This document shows, piece by piece, positions 46,095 to 56,034 of a DNA stretch of 64,000 bases. The DNA comes from Candidatus Zixiibacteriota bacterium. Lineage in GTDB: Bacteria > RBG-13-66-14 > B26-G2 > WVWN01. How positions within the stretch are numbered: the first letter of the stretch is position 1; each line of letters begins with the position of its first letter. Under the pieces are notes generated by a model. That model did not search any database and had not been told where the DNA came from. It saw nothing but the letters and a program-made list of their open reading frames with translations. The stretch covers positions 284,845 to 348,844 of the forward strand of contig JASFLY010000001.1 in NCBI GenBank assembly GCA_050117845.1, read 5' to 3'. Made by a program: the position numbers and the translations under genes.

Positions 46095-48212
46095 TTAAAA
46101 GCCAATCATATACGACACCTTCAGGAATACTATCTGCTCGGCGAGGAGGAAATGGCCGGTGGAGTCGCGGCGCTGTTCGTACGCCAGGTAGGCCGTACTG
46201 CCGGGCCGGTAGTCCCATCCCCAGAGCGTGCTGGCCAGGCCCGTCCGCGAGGCCGAGTCGGCCCGCGCCAGCACCCGCCAGTAAAGGTCGTCGGTGAAGC
46301 AGTAAGTGGCGTTGACGTTGCCGGCGACCGAGCGGTCTTCGTCCCGGGGGACCGCGACCTCGCCGTCCATCGTGAGTACGAACCCGCCGAACGGCAACAG
46401 CGTTACCTCGCCGTAGTAGTCGCGATAATAGTCGCCGTAGTAGTCCCCCTGCCAGTAGGACAGGCTCGCGCTTCCCCACGAGGACGTCTCGCGGCTGAGC
46501 GTCACGCCGTACGTCTCGAGCCGGAACTCGGGGTAACCCAGACGTACGTAACGAAGGTCGCGGCCGAGCTGGGAATCGAAAGACAGGCCGAACTTATTCG
46601 TGAAATCCACTCCCAATTGGGGGAAGAAATAATTGCGTAGCGTATCGTTATCCAGGTTCCATTCGTGTTCGAAACGGCATCGCGCCGAGAAATCCCGTAC
46701 GCCTCCGCGGTTAATCTGGAATTCGTTGTGCAGGATCGCACCCATCCGGCGCGTACCCAACGTCTCGGGTTGAAAGAAGCTAACGTCGGCGCGGTAATCT
46801 TCGGCCGTTTCGATATAGTACCCGTACGCGAGCCGCGTCGCGCCCGGGCGGCTAATCGTGGCGAAGTATTTATAGCCGTCGCCGCCGTCACCGGCCGTCT
46901 CGGCCTTCAAATACCCGGCGTTACAGTCGATCCCGAGCGGCAATCCCACGCTGCCGTCGACGCCGACGACGTTGTTATAGGGCGTAACGTCGGCGCCGGC
47001 GTACGCCGGGTCCGCGGCCAGGCCGCCGGCCTCGCGCCGGCCGACGCCGATAGCCCCGATACTCGAGCGGTGGGGCAACTCCGCCCGAACTCGCCCGGCC
47101 CACACGTTGTCGCCCGGGAAACGGGGGTCGTCCTTCTTGAGCGCCGTGTCCAGCGCGCCGAAACTCACGTCCCCGACCTTCCCGGTGACTTTAAGACCTC
47201 CGCCGATTTCGGTAAGGCGGCGGGTGTAGAGCGGGTTTACGGTCAAGAGAAAGAGCTCCTCGTTCTCGGCGAAGAACGGCCTTTTCTCCGTGAGGTAGAT
47301 TTCGGTCGGCTCCAGGTTGACCTCCGCCGGGTCGGCCTCGACGTAGGCGTAGTCCGGCAGGAAGGTCGCGAGCACCTGGGCCGCCGCCCCCGCGCGGTAG
47401 CGGAAGTCGAAGCCGGCCCGCGGTTCGAACTCCCAGCCGTCGCTCGGCTCGTAGCCGTAGGCCGGCGTGTCGGCGCGGTCCTCGCCCCGGGCCGTGGCGT
47501 ACGGCGTGAAGCTGAAAGGCCGCGGCCGCGGCAGGTTCTCGAACCCTCCGACCCGGCCGTAGCCGCTCATCCGCGATATAGAGTTGTCGTCCCCCGCCCA
47601 GAAGGTGTTCTCGAAATTGGTAATCCGGTAGCGGGAGAGCTGGAGGCCGAAGGAGGGGGCGTTCCGGTCGTACCGGATCGACGCCCACGGGATAGCCATC
47701 TCGATGTACCACGCGTCCTCGCCCACCGAGGTCCGCGCCTCCCAGTAGCCGTCCCACCCCGAACTCCACTCCTGGCCGGCGCTGTAGCCGATACCCTCGT
47801 ACTTGACGCCGCGGTAGTTCACCATGAAGTCGTAACACGTATTGAGGTCGTTGTTGGCGTCGAGGAAGACGTCCACGCAATCGTCGTAGTTGAGGGTCAT
47901 GTCGTGGACGCCGGCGGTCGCGACCAGGTGTTCCACGTCGGCCTCCCGGCAAATCCAACCCATATACAACGCGTGGTCGTCGTAGAGGACGTAGACCTCG
48001 GTGTCGGCTTCCGCGGCGCGGCCGAATTCGGGGCGGAACTGCCGGAACCCCTTCGCGGGTTCGGCCTGGTGCCAGGTTTCTTCCCATACGCCGTCGACGA
48101 CGGGCGGCGCCTCGACGCGGACGGCCGTAACGGCCCACTCGCCGGCCGCGGTGGCGCAGGCGGCGAGGGTCGCCGCCATTAAATATCTATATGTATATGT
48201 CGCTCCCAACAT
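46095..48212 (-). CDS. Secreted CBM9-like + DUF5916-type outer-membrane protein
   Basis: PVVDG..EE.W, TEVYVLYD, EMAIPW..IRY, PDYAYVEADP, EKRPFF.E, YTRR; terminal FLKVSYMIGF. Confidence 0.8.
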   Translation of the reverse strand: MLGATYTYRYLMAATLAACATAAGEWAVTAVRVEAPPVVDGVWEETWHQAEPAKGFRQFRPEFGRAAEADTEVYVLYDDHALYMGWICREADVEHLVATAGVHDMTLNYDDCVDVFLDANNDLNTCYDFMVNYRGVKYEGIGYSAGQEWSSGWDGYWEARTSVGEDAWYIEMAIPWASIRYDRNAPSFGLQLSRYRITNFENTFWAGDDNSISRMSGYGRVGGFENLPRPRPFSFTPYATARGEDRADTPAYGYEPSDGWEFEPRAGFDFRYRAGAAAQVLATFLPDYAYVEADPAEVNLEPTEIYLTEKRPFFAENEELFLLTVNPLYTRRLTEIGGGLKVTGKVGDVSFGALDTALKKDDPRFPGDNVWAGRVRAELPHRSSIGAIGVGRREAGGLAADPAYAGADVTPYNNVVGVDGSVGLPLGIDCNAGYLKAETAGDGGDGYKYFATISRPGATRLAYGYYIETAEDYRADVSFFQPETLGTRRMGAILHNEFQINRGGVRDFSARCRFEHEWNLDNDTLRNYFFPQLGVDFTNKFGLSFDSQLGRDLRYVRLGYPEFRLETYGVTLSRETSSWGSASLSYWQGDYYGDYYRDYYGEVTLLPFGGFVLTMDGEVAVPRDEDRSVAGNVNATYCFTDDLYWRVLARADSASRTGLASTLWGWDYRPGSTAYLAYEQRRDSTGHFLLAEQIVFLKVSYMIGF

Positions 48213-48673
48213 AAAACTCCTTCCCGGGGTTCGCTAACGTCGCGCCCTTGGAACACGGGATATTATAAACATCCCATCCCCCAATAATCAAGCCCAAAAT
48301 TAATATATGGCATAGGAAAATTAAAATAATTAATACATGGATTATTAATACTGCTCCCGAGCAGCATTATTCGAACGACCCCGCCCGGGGACAGATGGAC
48401 CTCGATTGGGAACCGGCCGGCGGCAATAGCCCTCGTCCGGCATGGTTACCCGTCAACCAAAGAATAACGCGACGCGTACTTCGCTGTCTTATTATCCATT
48501 CCCGTTTGCGCGCGGGGCCCGTTTATGATAGAATGTAGTAATAACCGGCGCGCCGGCCTCCGGAACACCGCGTTATATTTCGCTTACATATCGTTACTTT
48601 TTTCACAGCCGTTCTTTTACGGGTCGGGTAGGCGAAGCCCTATCCGCTCGCCGTTCCCCTCAAGGAGGATAAA

Positions 48674-50035
<1,362 letters not shown>

Positions 50036-50059
50036 CCCCGTAAATAATACCGACGTCAG

Positions 50060-50086
50060 AAGCCACCCCGCAAGGGGTGGCTTTTT
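50060..50086 (+). terminator. Intrinsic terminator
   Basis: AAGCCACCCC-GCAA-GGGGTGGCTTTTT. Confidence 0.8.
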
Positions 50087-50172
50087 AATCTTGGTTGCCG
50101 TATAATTAGTTTAAGGTATTGAGCTGGCCGACAAGGGTAACGTCAAAGGGGAATAGGAAAGCGGAGGTCGTT

Positions 50173-50946
50173 ATGTTCGATTTAAAGAAGTTCTTGAGGA
50201 TAGAGATCTCGGGATATGTCTGTATATTATACACGGCTCTATTCACTACATGCCTAATTATTATTTATAGACCCGGGATTGGGTACGAACAAGTTTATAC
50301 GGGATTTTGGTATAAAGGCCCCGTAGCCGCTATTCCCGTCGCGCTAGTGCTAGGTTTTATAATTCACCAAATAAGCATTCGCGTATTAAATCCCTTTTGC
50401 GAATACCGGGCTTTTCCCCGGGGGCCTCGGCCGGTTTTAACTGCTATTAAAAAACGATTAGAAGAAAGGCCGGGACTAAATAAATATTTTAAGGATATTT
50501 ACGATTCGTTAAAAGGACACCTCGACATGAACGGGTTATTCGACTTAGTGGCCGGCCACCCTACAAATAAAAACCCTTCGTATTTAGCTTACTTACGTGA
50601 CGAGATAAGCCGCCGTTACTCGTACTATTACGCTCGGATGGATACGGGTCTCTTCGCACCGATCCTTGGTTTTTTATTATCTTTACTCATCACTATTCTA
50701 TGGTTTTCCCTGGGGGAACAGGGCAGTCTACAAATACCCTACTGCAATTGTTTAGCCCGGTGGCTTCCTCTCATCGTTTCGGCTATATTCGTTGTAGTCG
50801 TATCGTGTGGTATAGTTTCGTATAGCAAGAAACTAGTCCGAGAAATCGACGTACTAGAATGCGCTTTATTGACCGAGGTTTACGACGCTTCATTTATTAA
50901 AGGGGTATTAGCAGAATATAAGGCGGGGACGCTTGAAAAGCGGTAA
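50173..50946 (+). CDS. AT-rich hypothetical membrane protein (~4 TM)
   Basis: RBS GGAGGT; two pairs of hydrophobic helices. Confidence 0.7.
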   Translation: MFDLKKFLRIEISGYVCILYTALFTTCLIIIYRPGIGYEQVYTGFWYKGPVAAIPVALVLGFIIHQISIRVLNPFCEYRAFPRGPRPVLTAIKKRLEERPGLNKYFKDIYDSLKGHLDMNGLFDLVAGHPTNKNPSYLAYLRDEISRRYSYYYARMDTGLFAPILGFLLSLLITILWFSLGEQGSLQIPYCNCLARWLPLIVSAIFVVVVSCGIVSYSKKLVREIDVLECALLTEVYDASFIKGVLAEYKAGTLEKR

Positions 50947-51015
50947 GGTACTCCCCCCTCTGTGTCGGTGAGTATACCGTCGCGATTGCATAAACGGTTC
51001 CGGACAATCTGCAAT

Positions 51016-51045
51016 AAAAAAGGCAACCCGGCCGGGTTGCCTTTT
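51016..51045. terminator. Bidirectional intrinsic terminator
   Basis: AAAAAAGGCAACCCGGCCGGGTTGCCTTTT. Confidence 0.75.
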
Positions 51046-51063
51046 CGTTTCGCGCCACGTCGC

Positions 51064-51984
51064 CTAGTCGTAGTAGTCGAAGTATTGGAGCGGGCCGGTG
51101 ACGCCGGTGACGTAGAGCCGCTTCCCGCTATGGTCAAACCGTAATCCCCACGGGTTGCGCATGTCACCCTCTTCCAACCCGTACGACCCGAACTTCCCGA
51201 CGAACGAGCCCTCCGGCGTGAAGTACTGGACGCGGTGGTTCTCCTTGTCGGCGACGTAAACGTTGCCGTCCAACGGCGACACGGCCACGCCGAAAGGCCC
51301 GTCGAATTCGCCGTCGGCCGAGCCGGTCCTGCCCCACTTCCCCAAGAACGACCCCGTTGAGGTAAAGTACTGGATGCGGTCGTTGAAGGTGTCGGCCACG
51401 TACACGTTGCCCGTTTGCGGCGCGACGGCGACGCCCCACGCCGAAAAGAATTGACCGTTTTCGGAGCCTTCCGCGCCCCAAGCGCCGAGATAGGAACCGT
51501 CCGCGGTGAAGCATTGGATACTATAACCCGTACAGACGTAAACGTCGCCGTTCCTCCGGGATACCGCTATTCGAGCGGGAACGCCGTTAACGCCCCATTC
51601 TCCGACGAGTTCGCCGCGCGGCGTGTAACATAAAATTCGGGCGTTCGAACCGTCCGCGACGTAAACCCACCCGCGGGAAGGAGCCGCGGCGACGTCGAAG
51701 AAGTAAGCTTTGTCGCCTCCCCACTGGCCGAGGTACCGGTCGTTCTCGTTAAAATAGTAAACGAAGCTTTCCGTAGGCCAGCGGGAATATTCGAAGAAGC
51801 CGACTACGTATACGACGCCGTTCGGGAATACGTCCAGACCCAGGGTGTAGCCCATATCTATACGGCCCCCTAACGGGTTATATCCCAACTCTCCGCCGTA
51901 CACCCAGCCCGATAACTCCTCCGGCCCGTCGCACGTTAGCGCCAACAAGGCCACCGCCGCCGTTACCCAGCCTATCCGTTTCAT
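51064..51984 (-). CDS. NHL-repeat lipoprotein
   Basis: Lipobox-like LLALTC; NHL repeats; ends QYFDYYD. Confidence 0.85.
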   Translation of the reverse strand: MKRIGWVTAAVALLALTCDGPEELSGWVYGGELGYNPLGGRIDMGYTLGLDVFPNGVVYVVGFFEYSRWPTESFVYYFNENDRYLGQWGGDKAYFFDVAAAPSRGWVYVADGSNARILCYTPRGELVGEWGVNGVPARIAVSRRNGDVYVCTGYSIQCFTADGSYLGAWGAEGSENGQFFSAWGVAVAPQTGNVYVADTFNDRIQYFTSTGSFLGKWGRTGSADGEFDGPFGVAVSPLDGNVYVADKENHRVQYFTPEGSFVGKFGSYGLEEGDMRNPWGLRFDHSGKRLYVTGVTGPLQYFDYYD

Positions 51985-52035
51985 AGTCCCCCTTTCTTGT
52001 CATAACCGACGTTCGCGCCCTTACTCCCACGCCGC

Positions 52036-53001
52036 CTACTCGTAATAATCGAAATACTGCACGCGGCAGGCGGGGATATCGGAAACGTAGAGCCGGGTAC
52101 CCGTCCCGTTGAAACAAAGGGCCCACGTGTAGCTGAATAGGCCGTCGCCGTAACCCTCGGACCCGAATTTCCCGACGAACGAACCGTCCGGCGTGAAGTA
52201 CTGAACGCGATGGTTCTCCTTGTCCGCGACGTAAACGTTGCCGTCAAACGGCGATACCGCCACACCCGCGGGTCTCAAAAATTCGCCGTCCCCGGAACCG
52301 GTCGCACCCCACTTTCCCAAAAACGACCCGGTCGCGGTGAAATACTGGATGCGGTCGTTGAAGGCGTCGGCCACGTAGACGTACCCGGTGTCCGGCGCGA
52401 CGGCGAGGCCGTACGGGCCGTCGAATTCGCCGTTGCCCGTGCCCGGCGAACCCCAGACGCCGAGGTAGGAACCGGTCGCCGTAAAATACTGTATCCGCGA
52501 ATTCCCCGCGTCGGCGACGTACACATTGCCGTCGGGACGAGACACGGCCAGCCGGTACGGCCCCTGGAATTCCCCGGGGCCGGCGCCCTCGCTACCCCAC
52601 TCGCCGACGAGTTCGCCATCCCACGTATAGTACCGGATACGGTCCTGCCAGGTTTCGGTTACGTATACCCAACTCCGCGGATGGGAAAAGGCGACGTCCA
52701 TGTACATCGTTTCGTAGCTCTTAGCGATATAACCGGCGCCCGTACCGTCCTCGTCAAAACGCGTAATAGAAGCGTACATGGCGCCGCGGAACGGCTCGAA
52801 CCAACTGGCTAAAAAAACCCAACCGGTCTTGGGCGCGACTGCTATCCCGAAGGGTACTCCCATACTGTACCACTTCCCGGACTCGGCGTTATACCCTACG
52901 TCGCCCGCGTATACCCAACCCGACAACTCCTCTTCCACCGGGGTTTCGTCGCACGCGAGCGCCAACAAGGCCACGGCCGCTACCCATACTATTCTTCTCA
53001 T
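52036..53001 (-). CDS. NHL-repeat lipoprotein (tandem paralog)
   Basis: Lipobox LLALAC; NHL repeats; ends QYFDYYE. Confidence 0.85.
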   Translation of the reverse strand: MRRIVWVAAVALLALACDETPVEEELSGWVYAGDVGYNAESGKWYSMGVPFGIAVAPKTGWVFLASWFEPFRGAMYASITRFDEDGTGAGYIAKSYETMYMDVAFSHPRSWVYVTETWQDRIRYYTWDGELVGEWGSEGAGPGEFQGPYRLAVSRPDGNVYVADAGNSRIQYFTATGSYLGVWGSPGTGNGEFDGPYGLAVAPDTGYVYVADAFNDRIQYFTATGSFLGKWGATGSGDGEFLRPAGVAVSPFDGNVYVADKENHRVQYFTPDGSFVGKFGSEGYGDGLFSYTWALCFNGTGTRLYVSDIPACRVQYFDYYE

Positions 53002-53114
53002 GCCGCCCCCTTTAAATGGTCACCTCGTTCTTATACTTCGCCCATATACGTATATATTATAGCATATATTTACGCGCCGCTATAATAACGGGGATAGCCC
53101 GCCGCCGATTAACC

Positions 53115-53143
53115 TTGACACAAAGGCCCCTTTTACGTATTAA
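53115..53143 (+). promoter_or_regulatory. Sigma70 promoter
   Basis: TTGACA-17 nt-TATTAA. Confidence 0.5.
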
Positions 53144-53185
53144 AGAGGGCGACTGATCCGACCGTTAAGCGACAAAGGGGAATCT

Positions 53186-54637
53186 ATGGCCGAGCGATAT
53201 CATAACTACGTCAACGGCGAGTGGGTGGAAACCCGTTCCGACGAATACCACCAGAACGCCAACCCCGCCGACATCCGCGAACTCGTGAGCGTGCACTCCC
53301 GGAGCGGCCGGGCGGACGCCTTCACGGCGATAGACGCGGCCAAGGCCGCCTTCCCGGGCTGGCGCGATACGCCGGCCCCCGCCCGCGGCGAATTACTGGC
53401 CCGGGCCGCCGCCCTCATCCGCGAGCGTGCCGACGACATCGCCCGCGACTTCACGGCCGAGGAGGGCAAGACCTTCGGCGAGGCCCGCGGCGAAACGCTA
53501 CGGGCGGCCCAGATATTCGACTTCTTCGCGGGCGAGGGGCGCCGCGTCGGCGGCCGGACCTTCCCCGCCGACGGCCCGAGCACCTTCCTCTACACGTTGC
53601 GGGAGCCGCTCGGCGTCGTCGCGCTCGTCACCCCCTGGAACTTCCCCATCGCCATTCCCGCGTGGAAGCTGGCGCCGGCGCTCGTCGCCGGCAACGCCGC
53701 CGTCCTCAAGCCCGCCACCAACACCCCCCTTACGGCCGTGCGCCTCTTCGAGTGCCTGGCGGACGCGGGCCTTCCGGCCGGCGTGGCCAACATGGTCTTC
53801 GGCCCGGGCCACGAACTGGGCGACGTCTTTTGCGAATCGGAAGACGTTAAAGCCATCTCGTTCACCGGCTCGAGCGAGGTCGGCAAGGCCCTCGCGGCCA
53901 ACGCCCACCGGCGGCTGGTCAAGGTCCAGCTCGAACTCGGCGGCAAGAACCCGCTAATCCTGGCCGACGACGGCGACGTCTCCCGGGCGGTGGCCTTCAC
54001 CGCGGGCGGCGCCTTCAGCTCCACCGGCCAGAAGTGCACGGCCACCAGCCGGGCCATCGTCCCCCGTAAGCTCCACGACCGGTTCGTCGCCGAGCTGGTC
54101 GCCGCGGCCGGGGAGATAGTCGTCGGCGACGGCCTCCGCGAGGGAGTCGGCATGGGGCCGCTAATCGACGAGGACTCTCTGGAGCGCGTCCTCGCTTATA
54201 TCGAGGTCGGGAAAAAAGAGGGGGCGACGCTCGCCTGCGGCGGCGAGCGCCTGACCGGCGAGGGCCGGGAGAACGGCTTCTTCGTCGCGCCCACGGTCTT
54301 CACGGCCGTTACGCCCGAGATGACTATCTGGCGCGAGGAGATCTTCGGCCCCGTGGTCGCCGTTACGGCGTACGACGACTTCGACGAGGCTATCGCGCTC
54401 GCCAACGATACCGCCTACGGCCTGTCGGCCACGCTCGTCACAAACGACCTCGCCCGGGCGATGAGTTACGTGGGCCGCATCGAGGCCGGCATCGTCCACG
54501 TGAACTCGCCCACCGTCGGCGCGGCCTGCCACGTCCCGTTCGGCGGCTACAAGGAATCGTCGTCCGGCTCGCGGGAGCAAGGCCGCGAGGCCCTGGAGTT
54601 CTTCACCCAACTCAAGACGGTTTACCTGGATACCTAG
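53186..54637 (+). CDS. Aldehyde dehydrogenase family protein
   Basis: TPWNFP, FTGS, LELGGKNP, GQKCTA, EEIFGPV, PFGGYK. Confidence 0.95.
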   Translation: MAERYHNYVNGEWVETRSDEYHQNANPADIRELVSVHSRSGRADAFTAIDAAKAAFPGWRDTPAPARGELLARAAALIRERADDIARDFTAEEGKTFGEARGETLRAAQIFDFFAGEGRRVGGRTFPADGPSTFLYTLREPLGVVALVTPWNFPIAIPAWKLAPALVAGNAAVLKPATNTPLTAVRLFECLADAGLPAGVANMVFGPGHELGDVFCESEDVKAISFTGSSEVGKALAANAHRRLVKVQLELGGKNPLILADDGDVSRAVAFTAGGAFSSTGQKCTATSRAIVPRKLHDRFVAELVAAAGEIVVGDGLREGVGMGPLIDEDSLERVLAYIEVGKKEGATLACGGERLTGEGRENGFFVAPTVFTAVTPEMTIWREEIFGPVVAVTAYDDFDEAIALANDTAYGLSATLVTNDLARAMSYVGRIEAGIVHVNSPTVGAACHVPFGGYKESSSGSREQGREALEFFTQLKTVYLDT

Positions 54638-54686
54638 CTTCGAGGGCGGCCGCCCCCGGGCATCCGGGTGCCGCCGAATATATTAC

Positions 54687-54715
54687 TTGAATGATAATAT
54701 ATATAATGATACAAT
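54687..54715 (+). promoter_or_regulatory. Sigma70 promoter (extended -10)
   Basis: TTGAAT-17 nt-TACAAT with TG upstream of the -10 box. Confidence 0.55.
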
Positions 54716-54776
54716 ACCGGCCAAGCACCCGGCTTGAAAACATGAACGTCTCAGCAACCCGCACGGAGGTTAATAA

Positions 54777-55022
54777 ATGGCCCGTCTAATTAAGATGTTC
54801 GTCCTGGTCGCGTTTTTGGCGTTATGGGCCGGCGCGGCGTACGCCGATTGCGGCGAGTGCAGTAGCTGCGAAGGCAAGGACGAGACCTACACTTGCGAGG
54901 CTTGTCCCCACAAGGATACCTGCCCCTGCGCCGACGGCTGCCAGTGCGGCGAGGAGTGCGAGTGCGGGGAGAAGTGCGCCTGCGGCAAGGAGTGCGCGTG
55001 CGAGGCGGCCGAGGAAGACTAA
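54777..55022 (+). CDS. Secreted Cys-rich metallothionein-like peptide
   Basis: RBS GGAGGT; signal peptide ending AYA; 15 Cys in the 58-aa mature part, with CxC repeats. Confidence 0.75.
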   Translation: MARLIKMFVLVAFLALWAGAAYADCGECSSCEGKDETYTCEACPHKDTCPCADGCQCGEECECGEKCACGKECACEAAEED

Positions 55023-55047
55023 TCCTCCCCCTCGTTAACCGAATAAC

Positions 55048-55074
55048 AAAGCCGCCCTTAAGGGCGGCTTTTTT
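55048..55074. terminator. Intrinsic terminator
   Basis: AAAGCCGCCC-TTAA-GGGCGGCTTTTTT. Confidence 0.8.
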
Positions 55075-55093
55075 GCCTGAGGATTGACGGGTT

Positions 55094-55936
55094 TTAACGG
55101 AATATGGATTTCACGAAACCCATGGAGTAGGTTGCGACGCTGCCGGCGTCCTTCCACCGTTGGGAAAGGAAGGGCGTGTAATCCACCTCGCCCACGCTCC
55201 GGTTATCGTTGTAATCGTAAAGCCACACGTTTATCCGGCCGGGGTAGGTGGTGCCCCACCAGCAGTTCGTCGCGTCCACGTTACTGGATGAACCGTTGTA
55301 GAAGTTATACATCCCGTTCGAGCAGATGTCGGAATAGTTCACCGTAACGGTGGACGTTCCGGCGAGGGCTTTGATGCCGTTTTCGCCGTTGTTCTCTATG
55401 CTTACATGGTAGAGATTGACGTGCGACCGGTCGACGAGAACGCCGTTATTCAAACAATTCCGAATGACGGTCCCCTCGAAGGACGAACGGGAAGACCCGT
55501 TGACGCCGGTCCTATAAAACCGAACGCCGTTCGTCGCGTACTCGACGACGGCGTTGTTCAGTATAATCTGGTTTTGCGATTCGACGACGATGGCGCCCCA
55601 GTCGCCCATCTTCTTGACGGAATTGGCCGAAGTAAACTTAACGGGGAGACCTTCGCTCCCCTCGGCCACCAACGCGCCGTTGCGGACGACTATCTCCGCG
55701 CCGTCCTCGTAACCGCCGGTACCTTTGACCTCGTAAAACTTAACCTCGACGCCGGCCTGTATCGTGAGCGTCGCTCCGTTGAGAATGGCGACGTCCCCGT
55801 GGACATAATACGGACTACCGCTTCGATTCCAGGTCGTATCGGTTCCGATATTCGACTGCCCGAAGTCAGTATCGCCGAATGATAGTCCTACCAGTAGTGC
55901 CAACGCGAGGCATATATATAAAAAACGAAGTTTCAT
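55094..55936 (-). CDS. Secreted right-handed beta-helix repeat protein with conserved C-terminal tail
   Basis: Signal peptide; SPYYVHGD, LTIQAGVEVKF, GDWGAI, DATNCWWG, VDYTPFL; ends VATYSMGFVKSIFR. Confidence 0.8.
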   Translation of the reverse strand: MKLRFLYICLALALLVGLSFGDTDFGQSNIGTDTTWNRSGSPYYVHGDVAILNGATLTIQAGVEVKFYEVKGTGGYEDGAEIVVRNGALVAEGSEGLPVKFTSANSVKKMGDWGAIVVESQNQIILNNAVVEYATNGVRFYRTGVNGSSRSSFEGTVIRNCLNNGVLVDRSHVNLYHVSIENNGENGIKALAGTSTVTVNYSDICSNGMYNFYNGSSSNVDATNCWWGTTYPGRINVWLYDYNDNRSVGEVDYTPFLSQRWKDAGSVATYSMGFVKSIFR

Positions 55937-56034
55937 ATTGGTCCCGCCTCCTAACCCACACTCAAGCGAATATAAGTCTATCACAAACGACGTTTCGAAG
56001 CAACTCCTTTAATATTTATATATTACAAATGTTA

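Noticed and set aside
48213..48673. Structured ncRNA or riboswitch in the long intergenic region
   Set aside because: Only a generic leader hairpin (~48620-48650) was seen and no family motif was recognised; an Rfam scan would be needed.
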